A DNA stretch of 43,842 nt from Bacillota bacterium (GCA_029780875.1 JAKOXU010000053.1:1-43842); one strand, 5' to 3'. Counted from the stretch's first letter, positions 27,132-35,885 are shown. Program-made: numbers and translations. The notes: generated from the sequence alone by a model not told the origin.

Positions 27132-27848
27132 TTAACTGTATTCTTTGTAGCCTCTGTAACCGTACTTTTTCTTGTAGCCCAAAATATTTTCTTCGTAGGA
27201 ATCGTTGAGGACAAAGCCTAACACTTTAGTGTCTGCCAGTTTAAAGCTGTTCAGGGCTTTCTGAACCTGATCGTGAGTGCTGATATTCTGCCTTGTAACG
27301 ATTATTGTGCCGGAAACCTCCTTGGAGATGCTCAATGCATCTGACACCACATTGACGGGGGGTGAGTCGATGATTATATACTCGTAATACTCTTCAAGAG
27401 TTTTCAATAAGCCTTGAAATTCTTTTGATGCGATGAGTTCGGAAGGGTTTGGAGGTATAAGCCCGGAGGGCATAAAGTCCAAATTGTTATAGCTTGTGTG
27501 GGATATTACCTCTCCCAGTTCGTTGAGCCCGCAGAGAAAATTTGTCAGGCCGGGGTAATATTTTGTCTTAAAATAAAGGTGACAGACTGGCTTTCTCAAG
27601 TCAGAGTCAATCACAAGGACCTTGCTGCCCATTTGAGACAAAGCAATCGCTGTATTGACGCAAGTAGTGGTCTTGCCTTCGTTGGGAAGTGCACTTGTGA
27701 AGAGTACCTTTTTGCACTCCACATTGGGGAGAGCAAAGATAAGATTCAGCCTTAATGATTTGAAGGCTTCAACAATTTGAAAGGGAGTTTTTTCGTTAAG
27801 GATATGGATGTTCCTTATTCGATTTTTGGCATTCTTCCTACTCATCAC
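27132..27848 (-). CDS. CpsD/CapB-family tyrosine-protein kinase (BY-kinase)
   Basis: Walker A SALPNEGKTTT, Walker A' VLVIDSDLR, Walker B IIIDSPP, and a C-terminal Tyr-rich tail (YGYRGYKEY). Confidence 0.9.
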   Translation of the reverse strand: MMSRKNAKNRIRNIHILNEKTPFQIVEAFKSLRLNLIFALPNVECKKVLFTSALPNEGKTTTCVNTAIALSQMGSKVLVIDSDLRKPVCHLYFKTKYYPGLTNFLCGLNELGEVISHTSYNNLDFMPSGLIPPNPSELIASKEFQGLLKTLEEYYEYIIIDSPPVNVVSDALSISKEVSGTIIVTRQNISTHDQVQKALNSFKLADTKVLGFVLNDSYEENILGYKKKYGYRGYKEYS

Positions 27849-28543
27849 TTCGCACCTCTGGATTTCACATCGAAGTCGGGTATTGTCCCTAAAACGGGCA
27901 AGTTATATCGCTTTGTTAGCTCTTCCGACGCCTTTACCGTAGCGTCAAATAATGAGAGGAGATATGCCAGCAACAGGGATAGGACAAACCCTAACATTAA
28001 GCTTATTGCCGTATTTTTTGGTATATTTGGAGAGGCGGGTTTTGTGGGGATTTTTGCCGTGGAGATTACTTCCACTTTGCCGGAGTTTACAACCCTTGAT
28101 ATTTCTTCAGGCGCCAATTCCGCAATTTTTTGGGCTATTATTTGGGCATGTATGGGATCGGCGTTTTTAACTTTTATTTCAAAGACTTCGGTGTTGGGGA
28201 TGCCCTTTATCGTGGTCATTTGTTTGATTTTGGTTGGGGTGTAGTCAAGACCGATTTGATCCGTTACCATTGACAAAAAGTCATCGCTGCTCAAAATTAC
28301 TACATATGTGTTTATAATGCGTTCGCGGTATTGCAAATCGGTTAAGGATTGTTTGTCGTTGGAACCCTGCTTGTCGTTACCCTGGACATACAGGGTTGTG
28401 GAGGAAATGTATTGGGGAGGAATTACATAGTTTGAAATGAGAAAACCCAATACAGCACTAATAATAGTGAAGAATACAATAAACCATATTCGTTTTAGAA
28501 AAATTGATAATAGTTCATTTAAGCTGATTTCAGCATTCATCAA
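27845..28543 (-). CDS. Wzz/CpsC-type polysaccharide co-polymerase (kinase transmembrane modulator)
   Basis: 232 aa with two terminal TM segments flanking an extracellular domain. Its stop overlaps the kinase start by 4 nt. Confidence 0.85.
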   Translation of the reverse strand: MMNAEISLNELLSIFLKRIWFIVFFTIISAVLGFLISNYVIPPQYISSTTLYVQGNDKQGSNDKQSLTDLQYRERIINTYVVILSSDDFLSMVTDQIGLDYTPTKIKQMTTIKGIPNTEVFEIKVKNADPIHAQIIAQKIAELAPEEISRVVNSGKVEVISTAKIPTKPASPNIPKNTAISLMLGFVLSLLLAYLLSLFDATVKASEELTKRYNLPVLGTIPDFDVKSRGAK

Positions 28544-28646
28544 GAAATAACACCTTTACAAATTATTTGCTTGTAGAGCATTTCAATCATTAAAATTATA
28601 CTACAATGTGAATTATTGTCAAGTTATTTGTCGAGAAAGGTTGTTG

Positions 28647-28675
28647 TTGACTTTTATTGTCAAAAAACATAAAAT
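28647..28675 (+). promoter_or_regulatory. sigma-A-like promoter of the CapD-like gene
   Basis: TTGACT (28647-28652), a 17-nt spacer, then TAAAAT (28670-28675). Confidence 0.5.
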
Positions 28676-28751
28676 AATAATATCTCTTTTGTATATTTTA
28701 TTAACTTAATTTTGAATTGTTAATTGAATTGTTAATATAGGGGGATATATT

Positions 28752-30716
28752 TTGAACAGGATATTGGGCAAATTGATGAAAAAATCTTTGCTTATTATAC
28801 TGGACACTACTATTGTGATTTTTTCTGTCATACTGGCTTACGCTTTGAGATATGACAATCTTTTTCAATGGTTTTCGACTGAATACGACGGATTGCGCCT
28901 GATGATATTATTCAGCCTGATTTCCTCTGCCATTTTATCCAATGCCTTGCTTGACTGCTACAACAATATTTGGAGGATGGCAGGCATTGCTGAAGCGATG
29001 CGGCAGTTTTCCGCCTCTTCTTTGGCTACAATATTGAATATAGGTTTTTTATATGTTATCGATATTTTTTATAAAGCAGGACTTTTAACGGGGATTATTC
29101 CTCTTTCGGTTGTGTTGATAGCAGTCTTGTTTCAATTTTTGTTGATGTGCTGCTTAAGATTTACCTACAGGATTCTATCCGAATCTATAAATAAATTTGT
29201 TAAGATGTTTTTCAAGAGCAAAAAGGTCAGGGTCATTGTTTATGGTGAAATTGATGACGCAAAACTTATTATTGAAAAGATTAGGAGCGACAAATCCCAT
29301 GATAAGATTGTAACTGCCATTATTGAAGACAAGCCCTTGTCGAGCAACAGATCCACTATTTGCGGGATCCGTGTTTACGACGGCGGGCTGGACGCTTTAA
29401 GGCAGAAAATTAAGAGTTACTCTGCCCACGAAGTTATAATTTCAAACAGGACCCTTGACAGAAGCAGGCTCCTCAATATCATCCAGCTATGCAGGCAGTT
29501 GCAATGTGAGCTTAAAGTGTTTAAAGGGATTGAGGATTACGACTTTGACAAGGGTTATTTGAGGGAGATAAATATAGAAGATTTGCTGGGAAGGTCTCCT
29601 ATCCAGTTGGATATCGATGAAATCAGGAAATTTATTGAGGGGAAGACTATCTTGGTGACTGGCGGGGCCGGCTCTATCGGCTCGGAAATCTGCCGTCAGG
29701 CCCTAAATCTGAAATGTGAGAAACTGATTATATTTGACCATTGCGAAAACAGCCTTTTTAACCTTGAAAATGAGCTGCTCGAACATTTTGACAAAAACAG
29801 GGTTGTGGTGGTTGTCGGGTCGGTCCGGGATGAGAAGAGGCTTGCCGAGACCTTTTCGAAGTACAGGCCAGAAGTGGTCTTCCACGCTGCAGCCCATAAG
29901 CATGTGCCTTTGATGGAGGCAAATTCCATTGAAGCCATAAAGAACAACATCTTTGGCACCTACAATGTAGCAACGCTGGCTATTGAATACGATGTAGAGA
30001 ACTTTATCTTGATTTCCACCGATAAGGCCGTCAACCCCAAGAATGTCATGGGCGCCACAAAGCGGGTCGCGGAAATGATTATTCAGACCCTAAATTATAG
30101 CAGCCCTAAAACAAATCTTGCCGCTGTCAGGTTCGGCAATGTCCTTGGCAGCAGCGGTAGCGTTATACCTTTATTTAAGAGCCAGATTGAAAAAGGCGGG
30201 CCCGTGACTGTTACCCATCCTGAAATAGTGCGGTACTTCATGACAATTCCGGAAGCTGTTCAGCTTGTCATGCGCGCGGCATCCCTCGCGAAGGGTGGGG
30301 AGATATTTATCCTCGACATGGGCGAGCCTGTAAAAATCCTTGACCTTGCAAAAGATATGATAAGGCTGTCCGGTTATGAGCCCGACAAGGATATAAAAAT
30401 TGTCTTTACCGGGCTGCGTCCCGGAGAAAAGCTGCATGAAGAGTTAGTTTACAACGATGAATTAACAATCAAGACAAAAAGTAACAAAATCTTTATCTGC
30501 AACGCGAACCATATTGATAAAAACTTTTTTACCAAACTGGAAGGGCTAAAGGAGCAGATAAAGGACGAAAGGGACTTGGACTGCCGCATTGCGCTTAAAG
30601 ATCTGGTAAAGGAGTATGATTATACCGAAGAATCCGACGGGGTGGCGAAGACGGTCGGCGATAACATTGTGGAAATGAAGAGCGCGGCGGGGTATGCGGC
30701 ATCAGTTGTGCAATAA
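28752..30716 (+). CDS. membrane-bound CapD/PglF/EpsC-like UDP-sugar 4,6-dehydratase
   Basis: 654 aa with four N-terminal TM segments, a Rossmann motif LVTGGAGSIGSE, STDKAVNP, and the typical CapD C-terminus. The start is a TTG 7 nt after GGGGG; an alternative ATG is at 28776. Confidence 0.9.
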   Translation: MNRILGKLMKKSLLIILDTTIVIFSVILAYALRYDNLFQWFSTEYDGLRLMILFSLISSAILSNALLDCYNNIWRMAGIAEAMRQFSASSLATILNIGFLYVIDIFYKAGLLTGIIPLSVVLIAVLFQFLLMCCLRFTYRILSESINKFVKMFFKSKKVRVIVYGEIDDAKLIIEKIRSDKSHDKIVTAIIEDKPLSSNRSTICGIRVYDGGLDALRQKIKSYSAHEVIISNRTLDRSRLLNIIQLCRQLQCELKVFKGIEDYDFDKGYLREINIEDLLGRSPIQLDIDEIRKFIEGKTILVTGGAGSIGSEICRQALNLKCEKLIIFDHCENSLFNLENELLEHFDKNRVVVVVGSVRDEKRLAETFSKYRPEVVFHAAAHKHVPLMEANSIEAIKNNIFGTYNVATLAIEYDVENFILISTDKAVNPKNVMGATKRVAEMIIQTLNYSSPKTNLAAVRFGNVLGSSGSVIPLFKSQIEKGGPVTVTHPEIVRYFMTIPEAVQLVMRAASLAKGGEIFILDMGEPVKILDLAKDMIRLSGYEPDKDIKIVFTGLRPGEKLHEELVYNDELTIKTKSNKIFICNANHIDKNFFTKLEGLKEQIKDERDLDCRIALKDLVKEYDYTEESDGVAKTVGDNIVEMKSAAGYAASVVQ

Positions 30717-30750
30717 AAGGGTAGTTATAATAATTATAATAAAACAGCGA

Positions 30751-30799
30751 CGACTAAAACAGCGACGGCAAAGTTTACTTGCCGTCGCTGTTTTAGTCG
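30751..30799. terminator. bidirectional terminator with an unusually long perfect stem
   Basis: CGACTAAAACAGCGACGGCAA (30751-30771) pairs with TTGCCGTCGCTGTTTTAGTCG (30779-30799), giving 21 bp with a 7-nt loop. It lies between the convergent capD-like gene and alr. Confidence 0.8.
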
Positions 30800-30808
30800 G
30801 AATGTCGA

Positions 30809-32008
30809 TTATTTTGAGCAAATTAGGCTGTTGTTGTTTTGAAGGTAATTGAGTTGGGCCACAATGTCGCCATCCTTGAAATAAAGGCGCGGGACCCGCT
30901 TGCCGATAAGGCATACGGTTTCGTAGTTGATGGTGCCGGCGATGTCGGATACCTGTTCCACCGAAATATGCTCGTTGCCGTCATGCCCTATGACAGTAAC
31001 TGTCATTCCTGCAGTTACTCCCTCTATGTCGGTAACATCTATCATGCACTGGTCCATGCTGATTGTGCCGATAACTGGGGCCCTTTTGCCACAGACAAGC
31101 ATGTTTGCCTTTCCCGACAAAACCCTTGTGTATCCATCGGCATAGCCAATGGGTAGGGTGGCGACCTTTGTCTTGCGGGCGGCGGTAAAGCGGTGGCCGT
31201 ATCCTATGGAACAGCCCGGTTCAATAGTCTTGTGCATTGAGATTACGCTCTTTAACTCCATGGCTGGGATAAGGTCAACTCCTCTGATGTGGGGGGAAGG
31301 GTAGAGTCCATAGAGTATGATTCCCGGTCGAACCATGTCAAGGTGCATTTCCGGGTGGGACAAGGTGGCGGCGCTGTTGCAGCAGTGGCGCAGTTCAAAG
31401 TGGATATTGTCTTTTTGTAACGCCTCGGTTACATTCAAAAATAGCTCAAACTGCTTCTTTGTCTGGGAGTTATCGTGTATTCCTTCATCAGCCCGGGCAA
31501 AATGAGTATAAATGCCCCTTGCCGCGATGTTTTTCATGGTGCAAATCTGCTTTGCCGTTTCCACGACATTTTTTATGTCCTCACAGACCGGAATGCCAAT
31601 GCGGCCCATGCCTGTGTCCAGCTTTATGTGAATGTCGATATCAACGCCGCAAAGACCGGCGCTTTCTGAAAGCTGGCGTGCATATTCAAGGGAGAAGACC
31701 GTTTGAGTGAGGTTGTAGTCTTTGAGAATTTTGGCCATTTCCGGCGGGGTGTATCCCAAAATGAGAATGGGCTTGTCAATTGAGTTTTTACGGAGCTGCA
31801 GGGCTTCTTCGATATTGGAGACTCCAAACCAGTCGGCACCTGCCTCCTGAAGCTCCATGGAAACCCGCTCGGCGCCGTGCCCATATCCGTCAGCCTTCAC
31901 AATGCACATGATTTTGGTGCCGCAGTTAATGTTCTCACGCAACCTTTTAAAGTTGGAACTGATAGCGTTGAGGTTGATTTCCGCCCATGTGCGCTTTAGA
32001 AAATTCAT
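30809..32008 (-). CDS. alr: alanine racemase
   Basis: Contains the VKADGYGHG PLP-lysine motif. The 399-aa length and C-terminal beta domain fit the family. Confidence 0.95.
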   Translation of the reverse strand: MNFLKRTWAEINLNAISSNFKRLRENINCGTKIMCIVKADGYGHGAERVSMELQEAGADWFGVSNIEEALQLRKNSIDKPILILGYTPPEMAKILKDYNLTQTVFSLEYARQLSESAGLCGVDIDIHIKLDTGMGRIGIPVCEDIKNVVETAKQICTMKNIAARGIYTHFARADEGIHDNSQTKKQFELFLNVTEALQKDNIHFELRHCCNSAATLSHPEMHLDMVRPGIILYGLYPSPHIRGVDLIPAMELKSVISMHKTIEPGCSIGYGHRFTAARKTKVATLPIGYADGYTRVLSGKANMLVCGKRAPVIGTISMDQCMIDVTDIEGVTAGMTVTVIGHDGNEHISVEQVSDIAGTINYETVCLIGKRVPRLYFKDGDIVAQLNYLQNNNSLICSK

Positions 32009-32049
32009 GGTTTCATCCGCCTTGAAAATATTTGAATTTGAATAAGACT

Positions 32050-32078
32050 ATTATATTCCTGTCAACGCCTTTCGTCAA
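32050..32078 (-). promoter_or_regulatory. sigma-A-like promoter of alr
   Basis: On the minus strand, TTGACG is at 32078-32073 and TATAAT at 32055-32050, with a 17-nt spacer. Confidence 0.55.
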
Positions 32079-32175
32079 CAAGAATGCAATATCTTATATG
32101 ACAGGGATAATATTTTTAGAAGTATATTGGCTCGCAATTGGAAAGGTAAAAGTTTTTGCAAGGGAAAACATATTA

Positions 32176-32204
32176 TTTACATATTCATTGATATAGTTTA
32201 TAAT
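32176..32204 (+). promoter_or_regulatory. sigma-A-like promoter of the nfn-like gene
   Basis: TTTACA (32176-32181), a 17-nt spacer, then TATAAT (32199-32204). Confidence 0.5.
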
Positions 32205-32247
32205 AGCAAAGATTATACTTGAAAATAGAAATCCCGAGGTGAGGAAT

Positions 32248-34464
32248 TTGTATAAAATTGTGGAAAAAAGGGTTCTAAATCCCCACATGACCCTTATGGT
32301 GGTAGAGGCTCCTTATGTCGCAAAGAAGGCCCTTGCCGGGCAGTTCATAATATTAAGGGTGAATGAGACAGGCGAAAGGATACCTTTGACTATTGCCGAT
32401 TATGACAGGGAAGCTGGTACCGTGACCATTATATATCAAAAGGTCGGGGCCACCACGATGATGTTGGATGAGCTTAATGTGGGAGACAGTATCCTTGATT
32501 TTGTCGGTCCATTAGGGTTGCCCACAGAGATTGAGGGATATAAACGCGTAGCCGTAATCGGAGGCGGTGCCGGGTGCGCCATAGCTTACCCCGTTGCAAA
32601 GGCATTTTACGAAAATGGGGCAAAGGTTGACTTTATTGCCGGGTTTAGGAATAAGGAATTGATTATACTTGAAGAAGAGATTGGAAAGGTCAGCAACAGC
32701 TTTACTATCATGACTGACGACGGGTCTAACGGCAACAAGGGCTTTGTCACTGTGGAACTGCAGAAGAGGATTGATGAGGGCGCAGAGTATGACCTTGTGG
32801 TGGCAATAGGGCCCCTTGTCATGATGAAGGCGGTTTCCGATATAACCAAAAAATATGGGATAAAGACAAAGGTAAGCCTTAACCCCATTATGATTGACGG
32901 CACCGGAATGTGTGGCGGCTGCCGCGTAATTGTTGGTGGAAAAACCAAATTTGCCTGTGTTGACGGGCCTGAATTTGACGGGCACGAGGTTGACTTTGAC
33001 GATGTAATTGCCCGCAACAGTATGTATAAAAAGCAGGAGGAACACGAGTGCAAGCTTCTCAATGTCCAGAGGAAGCTCAATACTTCCAAGACAAAGGTGA
33101 AGATGCCGGAACTGGAACCTGAAGCCAGGATTACTAACTTTTCCGAAGTGGCTTTGGGGTACACCGAGCAAATGGCCTTTGAAGAGGCAAACAGGTGCTT
33201 AAACTGCAAGCACAGGCCTTGCGTTGAGGGCTGCCCAGTCAATATCAACATACCCGATTTTATCACGGAAATCATCAATGGGAATTATGAAAAGGCTTAT
33301 GAAATCATAACGGCCACAAATTCCCTGCCTGCAGTGTGCGGAAGGGTTTGTCCCCAAGAGAGCCAGTGCGAAGCCGTGTGTGTGAGGGGCAAAAACGGGG
33401 AGCCTGTGGCTATTGGGAACCTTGAGAGATTTGTGGCTGACTGGCATATGGCCAACTCAAAGAAGGAGCCCCAAAAGGCCAAGCCCAACGGGCATAAGGT
33501 GGCGGTTATCGGCGCCGGTCCTGCGGGACTGACCTGCGCAGGGGATTTGGCAAAACTGGGCTATGAGGTGACGGTCTTTGAGGCCTTCCATATGCCCGGC
33601 GGAGTGCTGGTTTATGGTATTCCTGAATTCAGGCTTCCCAAAGACATTGTGGATGCCGAGATTGAAACATTGAAGAAGATGGGTGTGGAAATAAAGACCA
33701 ACATGGTTATCGGCAAAACCTTGTCGGTCGAGGACCTTGAAGAAATGGGCTATGAGGCAATATTCATAGGTTCGGGGGCTGGGCTTCCAAACTTTTTGAA
33801 TATCAAAGGGGAGAACCTTGTGGGTGTCTTTTCCGCCAATGAGTATTTGACCCGCATCAACCTTATGAAGGCCAATACTCCCGGTTATTTGACTCCCATT
33901 GTAAATTCCGAGTTTGTTGCCGTTGTGGGCGGGGGTAATGTGGCAATGGATGCAGCCCGCAGCGCAAAGAGAATGGGCGCTAAAGAGGTCTATATCATAT
34001 ACCGCCGCTCCGAAAATGAGATGCCTGCAAGGGCGGAGGAAGTCCATCACGCAAAAGAGGAAGGCATTAAGTTTATCTATTTGACCAATCCTGTTGAGAT
34101 TCACGGTGACGAGAAGGGAAGGGTTAAGGCAATAGAGTGCGTCAAGATGGAGCTTGGAGAGCCCGACGCTTCCGGCAGAAGGTCTCCGAAAGAGATACCG
34201 GGATCCAACTTCACCATTGATGTGGATACCGTCATTGTGGCCATCGGCAACTCGCCCAACCCACTTATTCAGAGGGCTACAGAAGGGATTGAGGTCAACA
34301 GGCGAGGCTGCATAATCGTGGATGAAGAGTCCATGCAAACCACCCGCAAAGGGATATTTGCCGGAGGCGATGCCGTGACGGGTGCTGCAACGGTAATTCT
34401 TGCCATGGGAGCGGGCAAAAAGGCTGTCGCCGCCATTGATAAGTTTATCAAGGAAAAGAAATAA
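32248..34464 (+). CDS. fused NfnA-NfnB-type oxidoreductase: PyrK-like FAD/[2Fe-2S] domain plus GltD-like NADPH-dependent glutamate synthase small-chain domain
   Basis: The N-terminal roughly 280 aa start with the YKIVEKRVL motif and contain GTGMCGGCRV...ACVDGPEF. After a roughly 30-aa linker comes a roughly 460-aa region with RCLNCKHRPCVEGCPV, VAVIGAGPAGL and FAGGDAVTGAATV. The likely start is the TTG at 32248, after GGTGAGG. Confidence 0.85.
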   Translation: MYKIVEKRVLNPHMTLMVVEAPYVAKKALAGQFIILRVNETGERIPLTIADYDREAGTVTIIYQKVGATTMMLDELNVGDSILDFVGPLGLPTEIEGYKRVAVIGGGAGCAIAYPVAKAFYENGAKVDFIAGFRNKELIILEEEIGKVSNSFTIMTDDGSNGNKGFVTVELQKRIDEGAEYDLVVAIGPLVMMKAVSDITKKYGIKTKVSLNPIMIDGTGMCGGCRVIVGGKTKFACVDGPEFDGHEVDFDDVIARNSMYKKQEEHECKLLNVQRKLNTSKTKVKMPELEPEARITNFSEVALGYTEQMAFEEANRCLNCKHRPCVEGCPVNINIPDFITEIINGNYEKAYEIITATNSLPAVCGRVCPQESQCEAVCVRGKNGEPVAIGNLERFVADWHMANSKKEPQKAKPNGHKVAVIGAGPAGLTCAGDLAKLGYEVTVFEAFHMPGGVLVYGIPEFRLPKDIVDAEIETLKKMGVEIKTNMVIGKTLSVEDLEEMGYEAIFIGSGAGLPNFLNIKGENLVGVFSANEYLTRINLMKANTPGYLTPIVNSEFVAVVGGGNVAMDAARSAKRMGAKEVYIIYRRSENEMPARAEEVHHAKEEGIKFIYLTNPVEIHGDEKGRVKAIECVKMELGEPDASGRRSPKEIPGSNFTIDVDTVIVAIGNSPNPLIQRATEGIEVNRRGCIIVDEESMQTTRKGIFAGGDAVTGAATVILAMGAGKKAVAAIDKFIKEKK

Positions 34465-34488
34465 TTCGGGTTTTGATGTAATTTGAAC

Positions 34489-34524
34489 CGGTCCGGCGTA
34501 TTTTCGCCGGGCCGTTGTTTTTTT
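34489..34524 (+). terminator. intrinsic terminator after the nfn-like gene
   Basis: CGGTCCGGCG (34489-34498) pairs with CGCCGGGCCG (34505-34514) with one mismatch, followed by TTGTTTTTTTGTTT. Confidence 0.7.
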
Positions 34525-34578
34525 GTTTGCTGGCAAAAGAAAAGGTAAAAATTTGTTGTATATATCCAAGTATTAAAT

Positions 34579-34620
34579 CCCTATTACTGGCAATAATGAA
34601 AAATGATACCAGTAATAGGG
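34579..34620 (+). promoter_or_regulatory. hairpin in the sigG leader overlapping the ribosome-binding region, with a forespore-type -10-like element inside
   Basis: CCCTATTACTGG (34579-34590) pairs perfectly with CCAGTAATAGGG (34609-34620) across an 18-nt loop. GGCAATAAT lies at 34589-34597, and the G-rich SD runs 34617-34627. Confidence 0.6.
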
Positions 34621-34629
34621 GGCGTGGAT

Positions 34630-35400
34630 ATGCAGTTTAACAAGGTCGAAATCTGCGGGGTAAATACTTCAAAGCTAAAAGTTTTGACGGAGCCGGAAAA
34701 ACTAAAGCTTTTGGAGCTTGCGAAAAAGGGTGACCAAAAGGCGAGGGATGAATTAGTTAAGGGGAATTTGCGGCTGGTACTTAGCGTTATACAGCGATTC
34801 ACTGGCAGGGGGGAAAACTTGGACGACCTTTTTCAAGTGGGCTGCATAGGGCTAATCAAGTCAATAGACAACTTCGATACTTCCCATGGGGTGCGCTTTT
34901 CAACATATGCTGTACCCATGATAATTGGCGAGATAAGGCGGTATTTGCGTGACAATAACTCTATTCGGGTGAGCCGCTCCATGAGAGATACCGCCTATAA
35001 GGCTATGCAGGTAAAGGAAAGGCTGATTAACGAAAACTCACAGGAACCTACCGCTTCGGAAATTGCAGAGCAGCTTGGGATTACCCGGGAAGAGGTGGTT
35101 TTGGCACTGGAGTCCATTGTAGAGCCGGTATCCTTGTTTGAACCCATATATTCCGACGGGGGGGACACCATTTATGTCATGGATCAAGTTGGCGACAAAA
35201 ACGATGATAACAACTGGCTTGATGAAATTGCCCTCAAAGAGGCCATTGCCAATTTGAGCGAACGGGAAAAACGCATTTTAATGTTACGGTTTTTCAAGGG
35301 AAAAACTCAAATGGAGGTGGCAGCGGAAATAGGAATTTCTCAAGCGCAGGTGTCACGGCTTGAAAAAGGGGCTCTTGACAAGATTAAAAGGAATATATAA
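34630..35400 (+). CDS. sigG: sporulation sigma factor sigma-G
   Basis: N-terminal NKVEICGVNTSKLKVL is characteristic of SigG, together with regions 2-4 (GNLRLVLSVIQRF, FSTYAVPMIIGEIRRYLRD, ISQAQVSRLE). Confidence 0.9.
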   Translation: MQFNKVEICGVNTSKLKVLTEPEKLKLLELAKKGDQKARDELVKGNLRLVLSVIQRFTGRGENLDDLFQVGCIGLIKSIDNFDTSHGVRFSTYAVPMIIGEIRRYLRDNNSIRVSRSMRDTAYKAMQVKERLINENSQEPTASEIAEQLGITREEVVLALESIVEPVSLFEPIYSDGGDTIYVMDQVGDKNDDNNWLDEIALKEAIANLSEREKRILMLRFFKGKTQMEVAAEIGISQAQVSRLEKGALDKIKRNI

Positions 35401-35402
35401 AA

Positions 35403-35433
35403 AGGGCGCCGCGGCAAACAGCTGCGGCGCCCT
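35403..35433 (+). terminator. intrinsic terminator after sigG
   Basis: AGGGCGCCGC (35403-35412) pairs with GCGGCGCCCT (35424-35433). The downstream T-tract is weak. Confidence 0.7.
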
Positions 35434-35507
35434 TCTAACTTTAGCGCATTGATGGAGGGTGAAAATTGCGGTGGATTTTGAATATATATGTAAAAGGGGG
35501 TGGGAAC

Positions 35508-35807
35508 TTGATTTGCAGGGTAACCGACATGAGGAACAAGGAAGTTATTAACATAAAAACCGGGTGCCGGCTTGGATATGTGTGCGATGTGGAGGTGGAT
35601 ACCTGCACTGCCAAGGTGGTGGCCATAGTGATATACGGGCGGCTGCGGCTTTTTGGGCTACTTGGGCGGTGTGACGATATCATTATACCTTGGTGTGACA
35701 TTGAGGTGATAGGGGAGGACACAATCTTGGTGTGCTTTAACCCGCCCCAAAGGAGGTTTAAGAAAAAGGCACGGGGCCTTTTGGCATATCTTTTGAGCGA
35801 TGATTGA
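35508..35807 (+). CDS. ylmC: YlmC/YmxH-family PRC-barrel sporulation protein
   Basis: DMRNKEVINIKTGCRLGYVCDVEVD...KVVAIVI. The start is a TTG at 35508 after AAGGGGGTGGG; an alternative ATG is at 35529. Confidence 0.8.
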   Translation: MICRVTDMRNKEVINIKTGCRLGYVCDVEVDTCTAKVVAIVIYGRLRLFGLLGRCDDIIIPWCDIEVIGEDTILVCFNPPQRRFKKKARGLLAYLLSDD

Positions 35808-35853
35808 AAAGGGAATTATGTAAACCTTTTTGTGCAGCGACAGCAATAAAAAG

Positions 35854-35873
35854 GGCGGGGAAAATATCCCGCC
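35854..35873 (-). terminator. intrinsic terminator of the sugar transferase gene
   Basis: On the minus strand, GGCGGG-atatttt-CCCGCC is followed by CTTTTTATT. Confidence 0.6.
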
Positions 35874-35885
35874 AGGAAAACTCAT

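Noticed and set aside
32060-32080. GTCAAC-N9-GTCAAC direct repeat, considered as a Rex or other redox operator for the nfn-like gene
   Set aside because: It does not fit the Rex palindrome TTGTTAA-N4-TTAACAA. It is better explained as the -35 element (TTGACG, 17-nt spacer, TATAAT) of the divergent alr promoter.
32512-33278. Two overlapping minus-strand ORFs of 219 and 223 aa
   Set aside because: Both are antisense to the NfnA-like domain and overlap each other in different frames. Neither has coding-like features.
33457-34569. 370-aa ORF on the minus strand
   Set aside because: It lies entirely antisense to the strongly recognisable GltD/NfnB-like domain. It has no SD and has a low-complexity, shadow-ORF-like composition rich in Arg, Gly, His and Leu. 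This is a typical antisense artefact of a GC-richer gene.
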